Positions 6,963 through 14,073 of a stretch of 38,587 nucleotides of DNA are shown one piece after another. Both the position numbers and the translations under genes were made by a program. A model generated the notes under the pieces. It did no database searches. It had not been told where the DNA came from and saw nothing but the letters and a program-made list of their open reading frames with translations. How positions within the stretch are numbered: the first letter of the stretch is position 1; each line of letters begins with the position of its first letter. The stretch is from a virus (taxonomy: Duplodnaviria > Caudoviricetes): positions 1 through 38,587 of IMG/VR virus record IMGVR_UViG_3300046092_000083, one strand, 5' to 3'.

Positions 6963-8195
6963 TTATGCCTTGATGTTGGTAGTAAAATAATTTGTTATTT
7001 GGGGCTGTTTAAGCCATTGCCATAATGTCAGCTTCTCGTACAATTCCTGCGTTAAAACAGGATCGCCCGGTAGCTCTAGTGCCTTGATGATTGCCTTAAT
7101 TTCGTTGTCTATGTGTTGCTTGAACCATGTAGGGTCGCGTGGATTGCTATCTGCTGGTGCAGGTTCGCTATGCTCCCATTTGCTATATTGTTCAAGCAAC
7201 CGTTTTTTAATATCTTGTGGTAAGTGTTGTATCTGTTGATATGCAGGACGAACTAACATGTTAGTCATTACATCAACTTCTCTCGACACACACCAACGGT
7301 ATAAATCATCTAATGTGTGTACACTCAGTGCGCTAGGCACTGCACGTACTGTAACATATACATGTCCTTGTTTACGATGCTTTAGGTATAAATCAATATT
7401 GTCTAATACCGTTTGTGTACTTGCGCCTTGTCGAATCAAATCGTTTAGTTCTCCTGTACACTCAATACTAACCCCAACATCTACGTGCCTGAATGCGTTT
7501 AGTTTCTGCATCAATGATTCGTTAAACACAGTTCCGTTAGTGGTAAATCCTAGATATATGTTTGTCTTGCCCGCACGTAGTAGGCGGTCAATTAGCTGTT
7601 CAAAGCGAGGGTTAAGTAAGGGTTCCCCGCCTATTAAGTGTACAAACTCCAAGTCTTTTGACCCGCAGATGTAGTCAGTTACATGATCCCATGCTTGTTG
7701 ATCTTCAGTCCAATTCATACGGGCAGCACCTCTGAAGGTCCCTGCTTTGATTTCTTGGACTGCAATCTTGCTGCTGGCCATTGGTGTACACATTCTGCAA
7801 GCAAGATTACATTCGTTACCTAAGCTAATATGAAAGCTGTTAATACGTGGTGCAACATTTTCGTATTTGTTTTGATCAAATGTTTTGTAAAAGTGAACAG
7901 GATCAATTCCGTCTTTGTGATTTTCCTTAACACGCTTGCTGCTCGACCCCATTGCATCTTCGTGGTAGCACATGGCACACAAGGGATCTCTAATGCCTGC
8001 TAATTTGTTAGTACGGGCAGTCTGTTGATGCTCGCTCGCGATCCACTCGGGGATGGTCATGTTATGCACATTGTATTTTGCAGCCGCTGGCGTTCCAAAA
8101 ATGCGATTGGGTTGTGCGCCACAACTGTGGTACGTGCCGTCTGCATTGATATGCACTTCCTTCCATAGAATATTACAAAATACTTGATCGATCAT
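6963..8195 (-). CDS. Radical SAM protein with N-terminal SPASM/twitch-like Cys motif
   Basis: CNLACRMC (CxxxCxxC), GGEPLL, TTNGT; N-terminal CNILWKEVHINADGTYHSC...CAMC. Confidence 0.88.
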   Translation of the reverse strand: MIDQVFCNILWKEVHINADGTYHSCGAQPNRIFGTPAAAKYNVHNMTIPEWIASEHQQTARTNKLAGIRDPLCAMCYHEDAMGSSSKRVKENHKDGIDPVHFYKTFDQNKYENVAPRINSFHISLGNECNLACRMCTPMASSKIAVQEIKAGTFRGAARMNWTEDQQAWDHVTDYICGSKDLEFVHLIGGEPLLNPRFEQLIDRLLRAGKTNIYLGFTTNGTVFNESLMQKLNAFRHVDVGVSIECTGELNDLIRQGASTQTVLDNIDLYLKHRKQGHVYVTVRAVPSALSVHTLDDLYRWCVSREVDVMTNMLVRPAYQQIQHLPQDIKKRLLEQYSKWEHSEPAPADSNPRDPTWFKQHIDNEIKAIIKALELPGDPVLTQELYEKLTLWQWLKQPQITNYFTTNIKA

Positions 8196-9135
8196 TTTTA
8201 CACTTTATACTACATACTTCTAACGGGAATAATTCTAGCCTAGTTAGGAACTCTTCCCATAATGGATCCGCAAGGATATCAGACAGGGGTCGTGTCTTGA
8301 TACTTAAACGATCGCGATACTTTTCAACAAAATCGTTTTGCTGATATCCACTGTTAAACCAAGGGCAAGGAAACACTAGTCCATCAACGTTGATAAACAT
8401 TTCCTTTTTCCAATTTAAGCATTTGGCCCAGCTATGCACATCCTTTTGATATCTTATATCGATTGCCATACCTCGGGCACTTAGGGCGCCTTTTTTCTTT
8501 TGATAGTTGGGCACGTTAATAACAATCTCGGGGCGCAACGGATCGACACCATTAACTGCATAGCGACCGTCAAACTTGGTACTGTATACTTCGTTGAACT
8601 CGTCTACTCCTGCAACTCGTGCAACTTCTTTGATCTCTCTAGTGTGGTGCTCGTTGAAGTTAAAAATAATGTAACTCCAAATGATCCTACACGGTGCCGC
8701 TGCACGTAGACTCTTGATGCCAGCAATGATACTGTCAAAATTGCTATTGACTCTATATAGCTCATTGCTCGCTTGATCCCACCCGTCTACACTAAATGTA
8801 ACTGCATCATTGCTGGTCAGCATGTGCCCTAGTCGGTCCCACCAGTCTACACTCTTGTAGCTACCATTGGTTACAATTCTGACTTGTATGCCGTTGAGTT
8901 TTAAGTATGCAACAATTTCCAAGAACTCTGTTGCATAGATTGGATCGCCTACATCGCCGCAGAACAAGAATGTCTTCATGTTGGTTAGCATAGACGGCGG
9001 AAACGCTGTCATGAATTCATGCAGCGTTATCTCTCTATTGAGCTGTTCGGGCTTTAATTCAGTGCGAGGGCAGCGTGGACATTTTAATGTACACTTGCTG
9101 CTGATCTCGATATGAATGTCTTGTAGGTTAAACAA
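8173..9135 (-). CDS. Radical SAM protein with C-terminal SPASM/twitch-like domain
   Basis: CTLKCPRC, GDVGDP, VTNGS, FSVDG; C-terminal C...INVDGLVFPC...CSIKC. Confidence 0.88.
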   Translation of the reverse strand: MFNLQDIHIEISSKCTLKCPRCPRTELKPEQLNREITLHEFMTAFPPSMLTNMKTFLFCGDVGDPIYATEFLEIVAYLKLNGIQVRIVTNGSYKSVDWWDRLGHMLTSNDAVTFSVDGWDQASNELYRVNSNFDSIIAGIKSLRAAAPCRIIWSYIIFNFNEHHTREIKEVARVAGVDEFNEVYSTKFDGRYAVNGVDPLRPEIVINVPNYQKKKGALSARGMAIDIRYQKDVHSWAKCLNWKKEMFINVDGLVFPCPWFNSGYQQNDFVEKYRDRLSIKTRPLSDILADPLWEEFLTRLELFPLEVCSIKCKNDRSSIL

Positions 9136-10897
9136 TGTCTATGTCTGTGTTGTAACTGGTATAGCCGTTTTCCTTAACAACGTGTAATGTGTTGTTAACT
9201 CGTCCTGCTAACTCATCTTTGTGCGATACGAGCCAAATGCTCTTGTTGCTTTCGCGACTCATTTTCTTAAGGATGCCCAGTGCGTTTTCAACACCACTGG
9301 TATCCATACCCGAGTCAACTAGCTCGTCAATAAACAACAGGTTAATGGGTTGATATAAACTTTCCCATACATCACGGAACGCCCAGCTTAATGACAGGAT
9401 CAATCTGTTTCGTTCACCACGCGACAAGTTGTCAAAGTCCAAGTCACGTCCTAGTTCGGTAATGCTAACTGATAAGTCGTTGTTGAATTTTACAGTATGC
9501 GGCAAGCCAATGCGATCTAAGTATTGTCCTAATCGTGCATTTAAGTAGCTCAAGTTCTGATCGATGATACGCTTACGGATAAAGCTGTCTTTGTTAGTTA
9601 ACAATTTAAGCAAGAACTCTTGGTGCTCTTTCAAACTCACAAGTTCGTTCATTACTTCGTATGAAATTTCCTCTAACGCTTGCTCGCTCATTTCTTTAAT
9701 TTGTTCTGCGTAAGGGTCAGCTTCCTTTTCCTTTGCATTTAATTGTGCAAGTACACTGGCCATACTGCTACGGTGTTCGAACGCATCGCTTTCACGATCG
9801 TAATAGACTTTTGGTTGCGCACCTGCTTCGCCAAATTCAGCCAAGGCATTCTTTAGTTCCACAATTTGAAAACCTAGAGCTTCAAAGTCCACAGTAACAG
9901 TTTCTAATTCTTTTAGTTTAGCTGCTAATTGAGTTTCGTGATTGTCATCGTGCAGTTCTTGTCCACAAGCATGACACTTGTGTTCATGCAATGCGGCAAC
10001 TTCTTGCTCAATGCGAGTGTAGAGTTTACGTTCACGATCCTGATCTAACTCTGCACGTTTAAGAGCTTTGTTTAGATCATTGATGTCTTTGACCTTTTGA
10101 TTGTACTCGCTAAGTTCTTTGTGCGCTTGTAATTCAGCTTCGATGTCTAGAGTGCTCAACTCATCAAATGCACGTTGGAACTGTAATACGTCGCGGTCGT
10201 GATGCTCTGTCCACATTTTCTGGCGTCTACGCAGACTACCAATCTGTTCTTCGATACGCTTGTTAGCATCGCCTACTGCTTTGATGCGATATTCTTCTTG
10301 TGTGATTGCATCTTTAGTGGCTTTGGACAATTCCTTTAAAGACTCGGCCTTCTCAGACAATAGCGTAATGCCCAACAACTGCTCAATGATAGTGCGTTGA
10401 TCATTGGCTTTGAGTGCAAGGAATGGTTCAGTGTAGGTGTTGAGTGCAAGGATATGCTTAAACATATCGTGGCTCATACCTAACATACGCTCAATCTCTG
10501 CTTGAGTTTCGCGGCTGTCGCCTTGGGCCTCATCGGTAATTTCTTTTTCAGTACCCGACACAAAGAACTTCATAATGCCAGGCTTGCGCCCGCGCTCAAT
10601 GCGATAGTCAATGCCATCCTTTTCAAAATCAATAGTAACCAACATGCCTTTGCCGTTGGTCTTGTTGATTAAGTTGTCTTTCTTGATGTTAGTAAGTGCG
10701 TTACCGTATAAAGCAAAGCTCAGTGCATTGATAATGGTGGTCTTGCCTGTACCGTTACGTGCTCCGGTGTCGTCACCGCCTAAGTCCAAGTTCTCGCCTA
10801 GTACTAGAGTTAAGTCGTTACGGTCGAAGTTGACAGCTTGCGTAGCATTGCCTACGCTCATAAAGTTCTTTACAGTTAAATCTTTGATCTTAAACAT
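9128..10897 (-). CDS. gp46: Recombination endonuclease ATPase subunit (Rad50/SbcC-like), T4 gp46-like
   Basis: KNFMSVGN, Walker A GARNGTGKT, coiled coil with zinc hook CHAC, signature LSRGE, Walker B LLFIDE, His-loop VSH. Confidence 0.93.
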   Translation of the reverse strand: MFKIKDLTVKNFMSVGNATQAVNFDRNDLTLVLGENLDLGGDDTGARNGTGKTTIINALSFALYGNALTNIKKDNLINKTNGKGMLVTIDFEKDGIDYRIERGRKPGIMKFFVSGTEKEITDEAQGDSRETQAEIERMLGMSHDMFKHILALNTYTEPFLALKANDQRTIIEQLLGITLLSEKAESLKELSKATKDAITQEEYRIKAVGDANKRIEEQIGSLRRRQKMWTEHHDRDVLQFQRAFDELSTLDIEAELQAHKELSEYNQKVKDINDLNKALKRAELDQDRERKLYTRIEQEVAALHEHKCHACGQELHDDNHETQLAAKLKELETVTVDFEALGFQIVELKNALAEFGEAGAQPKVYYDRESDAFEHRSSMASVLAQLNAKEKEADPYAEQIKEMSEQALEEISYEVMNELVSLKEHQEFLLKLLTNKDSFIRKRIIDQNLSYLNARLGQYLDRIGLPHTVKFNNDLSVSITELGRDLDFDNLSRGERNRLILSLSWAFRDVWESLYQPINLLFIDELVDSGMDTSGVENALGILKKMSRESNKSIWLVSHKDELAGRVNNTLHVVKENGYTSYNTDIDIV

Positions 10898-11913
10898 TAG
10901 AGGTTTCTATAGATATCGAGTAGTAGGTTTTTATTGAATTTGCCATTGTCTAAATTAGTAAGCTGACCTGTGACAATTTGGTCAACACTTTCAAACTCTA
11001 TATTACCCTGAATTTCATATTCGGTTAAGTCTGTGACTTTAGCAGGGATTAGTGTAAGCTCTCGTAATTTGTACGTATCAACAAAGGTTTCTTTAATAAA
11101 AGTTGCTTCTTCGTAGCTGATGTCGATGTCTAAGTTAACACGGCAGTGCATACCGGGTTGTAACATCTTTTCTGTGTGAGTAATAACGTCGCTAAGTTGG
11201 AACACACGGTACTTGGGTTGATCTGGCCAAGCATGATACTCGGGATCCTTGCCCCAATCTAAGATAGTTAATCCGCGATCGTCGTCACCTGCGTCTGCGT
11301 AGTTGTGCGGAAACGCATTACCGATGTAGGTAATGTTGCGTTGGGTTTGTCGTTTATGGAAGTGCCCGCTAAACACATGTCCAAAGCCCTGCATGTCGTC
11401 ACCAGTTAGCTCGCCATGATCTGGCATAGCAACCATTGCGTTCATTAAGTAACCAGGAAGCTCAAAGTGGCCAAACATATATTGACCCTTCATCTTCTTT
11501 AGTTTCTTAAAATCATCTCCCACAAGCCAAGGGGCAATAGTGACATTACCGTCGCTGAACCAATCATTGCAGATTTGAATATTAGGGAGGTGCTTCGCCC
11601 ACTCCACGCTCTGAACGTCACGTTTATCGCGATAGTATAAATCATGGTTACCAGGAATAAAATACACACGTTCAAAATTTGCATTCAGATGCTCCAATGC
11701 TTGCAAGCTATATCCCAGAGTTAGGATGTTGATGCTTGCGCGGTTGTTATGCCAGTCGCCTAAAAACAAACAGGTTTCGCAACCTTCTGCTTTGGCTTTG
11801 GCTGTAGCCCACTTGACAAAGTTCAAACAGTCCTCGTTGTGTAGAGTGCTGTTTGACTTTAAGCCAAAGTGGATGTCGGTAAAGATTGCGGCTTTTTTAA
11901 ATAAATTACTCAT
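10897..11913 (-). CDS. gp47: Recombination endonuclease nuclease subunit (Mre11/SbcD-like), T4 gp47-like
   Basis: Metallophosphoesterase motifs DIH, GDW, GNHD, GHF, SGHFH; TAATG coupling to gp46. Confidence 0.93.
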   Translation of the reverse strand: MSNLFKKAAIFTDIHFGLKSNSTLHNEDCLNFVKWATAKAKAEGCETCLFLGDWHNNRASINILTLGYSLQALEHLNANFERVYFIPGNHDLYYRDKRDVQSVEWAKHLPNIQICNDWFSDGNVTIAPWLVGDDFKKLKKMKGQYMFGHFELPGYLMNAMVAMPDHGELTGDDMQGFGHVFSGHFHKRQTQRNITYIGNAFPHNYADAGDDDRGLTILDWGKDPEYHAWPDQPKYRVFQLSDVITHTEKMLQPGMHCRVNLDIDISYEEATFIKETFVDTYKLRELTLIPAKVTDLTEYEIQGNIEFESVDQIVTGQLTNLDNGKFNKNLLLDIYRNL

Positions 11914-11919
11914 TGATTC

Positions 11920-11949
11920 AGTATAGCAAAAACGTCATAGCAAAATCAA
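11920..11949 (-). promoter_or_regulatory. Sigma70-type promoter with extended -10 upstream of gp47
   Basis: TTGATT (11949-11944), 18-nt spacer, TGcTATACT (-10 at 11925-11920); ATG 6 nt downstream. Confidence 0.55.
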
Positions 11950-11957
11950 ATGGTAAT

Positions 11958-12821
11958 TTACTCATCTCCGTCGTACCCACCGCCGCCGCCCATGCCTTGA
12001 CGAGTGTAACTTGGGTTCAAGTTGTTCATTTCTAGGATGTCGTCGCGTAAGTTTTGGTTACGTTTTTCGATGTTTAGCACACGAGTAAAGCTGTTAGTGA
12101 TAGCGGCAGTATAATACGCAAAAGGGTTCTGCGATTTTGATTCGTCGAATTGTAGTCCAATTTGGGACAGTTGCAAGAGTGCTTGGCTTCGCATTTCGTC
12201 ATTGTATGTGTATCCTCTCCAGTTTGAGCGAGTAGCATAGCGCTCGCATAGTTTCATAAACATGTGTGCTAGCTTGCGGGTCATTGCGCCATGATCCTTG
12301 CTATATACGCCGTCTTCTAGTGTGCCTTTCCAGTGGCTTTTGCCTACTACAACAGGTTCACCTGCTTCGTTGAGCTTGTAATGCAAGAATGGAGGAAAGT
12401 TACATTTGGTGTATTTGGTAGTCTTTGCTTCTTCGGGTTCATCGTATTCGCTTAGGATTTCGTCATCCTCGTCTACCCATGCAGCAACTTTTTTGCCTTT
12501 TTTACTATCGTCGAGTGGTACATGCTCCCAACTCATTATCCTAAAAATAACGTCCGAATCAGCAATAGTGTCTAATTCGATTGCAAATTCATCTAGTTTA
12601 CGCTTTGTACCGTCTGCGGTGGCTAGCTCATGCGCTGCTTTTGCTAAACGTTCTGCCCTATTAGTGCGGCCCTCTAGTATATTGGCCTTGTTGAGCTTTT
12701 TCAAATCCGGCAGAATAATGTCGTAATCACCGTAATCTGGTTGTGTGTAGCAACAATAGGTGTTTTTACTTTTATGAATTTCCTTTAGGATGTCTTTGTT
12801 GTTGAGATAGTTGTGTTTCAT
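11958..12821 (-). CDS. gp55: Late-transcription sigma factor, T4 gp55-like
   Basis: NYLNNKDIL N-terminus; NWRGYTYNDEM, FDESKSQNPFAYYT...NSFTRVLNIEKR. Located next to gp47/gp46 as in T4-like phages, with AAGGAA SD. Confidence 0.88.
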   Translation of the reverse strand: MKHNYLNNKDILKEIHKSKNTYCCYTQPDYGDYDIILPDLKKLNKANILEGRTNRAERLAKAAHELATADGTKRKLDEFAIELDTIADSDVIFRIMSWEHVPLDDSKKGKKVAAWVDEDDEILSEYDEPEEAKTTKYTKCNFPPFLHYKLNEAGEPVVVGKSHWKGTLEDGVYSKDHGAMTRKLAHMFMKLCERYATRSNWRGYTYNDEMRSQALLQLSQIGLQFDESKSQNPFAYYTAAITNSFTRVLNIEKRNQNLRDDILEMNNLNPSYTRQGMGGGGGYDGDE

Positions 12822-12853
12822 GTTTTAACACGTTCCTTATAATAATAGTACAT

Positions 12854-12882
12854 AATATAACAAATAAATACTACAATAGCAA
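12854..12882 (-). promoter_or_regulatory. Sigma70-type promoter for gp55
   Basis: TTGCTA (12882-12877), 17-nt spacer, TGtTATATT (-10 at 12859-12854). Confidence 0.5.
12865..12870 (+). promoter_or_regulatory. Late promoter core TAAATA at the head of the baseplate operon
   Basis: AAATAAATAC 22 nt upstream of ATG 12893. Confidence 0.55.
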
Positions 12883-12892
12883 GAGAAATCAT

Positions 12893-13768
12893 ATGTCAGA
12901 CAGTTTATTTTCGTCCGTTTCTAGCATGTTTAACACAGCTAAGGAGAGCGTTGCTGACGCAATAACTTCTGCTGAGTCCAATCCTGTAATAAGAAAAGCA
13001 CTCAACATCGTTGACCCTGCACAAACCCGTTTAAAAGCAGCGGGATTACTAAAAGGCGGAGCAAAAACATCTGCTACGAATTCTAGTGCCCCAAATGTTT
13101 CATTTGCCACTGGCGACACCGACTGGAGATTGAAAATTAGTCTTGCTCAGTCGGCAGACTATTTTTACAAAAATCCAGAAGATGCTGGTATTATGAATCC
13201 GCTAGCGCCAACAGGCGGGGTTATTTTCCCTTACACTCCTCAAGTGAGTGTTACCCATGCAGCACGTTACGGTTCACAAAACCTTACACATAGTAATTAT
13301 ACCAATTACTTCTACGAAGGTTCAGAAGTTCAAGCAATTAGCATCAGTGGCGATTTCACTGTCCAAACAGTTGCTGAAGGACAGTACTTGTTAGCAGCAA
13401 TTTACTTCTTTAGAGCTGCAACAAAGATGTTCTTTGGGCAAGGTAATAAAGTAGGCAACCCGCCACCAATGGTGTTTTTAACAGGATACGGTAGCCACTA
13501 CTTTCCAAACGTTCCCTGCGTAGTTACAAATTTCCAACACACTATGCCGCAGGACGTTGACTACCTAGCGATACCAACAGGTGGTGGCCAAACAATGGCG
13601 CAGGATGCAGGTAGACCAGTATCGGGACCAACAACCCGTGTGCCAACAAACAGCACACTGACTATAAGTTTGCAGCCAATTTACTCTAGATCTAATCTAT
13701 ACAATAACTTCAACCTTGAAGATTTTGCTGCTGGCAAACTTATCAATGGCAAAGGTGGATACATTTAA
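12893..13768 (+). CDS. Baseplate/tail tube initiator-like protein (gp48/gp54-like)
   Basis: GVIFPYTPQVS, ISISGDF, GNPPPMVFLTGYG..YFPNVPCVVTNF, TISLQPIYSR resemble a tube-fold baseplate protein. First gene of the baseplate operon. Confidence 0.6.
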   Translation: MSDSLFSSVSSMFNTAKESVADAITSAESNPVIRKALNIVDPAQTRLKAAGLLKGGAKTSATNSSAPNVSFATGDTDWRLKISLAQSADYFYKNPEDAGIMNPLAPTGGVIFPYTPQVSVTHAARYGSQNLTHSNYTNYFYEGSEVQAISISGDFTVQTVAEGQYLLAAIYFFRAATKMFFGQGNKVGNPPPMVFLTGYGSHYFPNVPCVVTNFQHTMPQDVDYLAIPTGGGQTMAQDAGRPVSGPTTRVPTNSTLTISLQPIYSRSNLYNNFNLEDFAAGKLINGKGGYI

Positions 13769-14070
13769 TGACAACTACATACAACAAAGCTAGCCCTTAC
13801 GCAGCAACTAATACATTTGGGCAATTTCTAGATCTATTAGAATACCGCGCCATTTCTAAGAAATCTGACGATGTATCTTACACCATTGACCGTGTTTACA
13901 AATACCGCCCTGACATGTTAGCATATGACTTGTACGGTGACAGCGCATTGTGGTGGGTGTTTATTGCACGAAATCCCAACGTTCTTAAAGATCCAGTATT
14001 TGGATTTAAACCGGGCGTGACTATTTACATTCCCAAGAAGGAAACTCTTGTTGCCGAATTAGGAATCTAA
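13768..14070 (+). CDS. gp53: Baseplate wedge LysM-like protein, T4 gp53-like
   Basis: YRPDMLAYDLYGDSALWWVFIARN...IYIP motif; TAATG coupling. Confidence 0.75.
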   Translation: MTTTYNKASPYAATNTFGQFLDLLEYRAISKKSDDVSYTIDRVYKYRPDMLAYDLYGDSALWWVFIARNPNVLKDPVFGFKPGVTIYIPKKETLVAELGI

Positions 14071-14073
14071 CCT

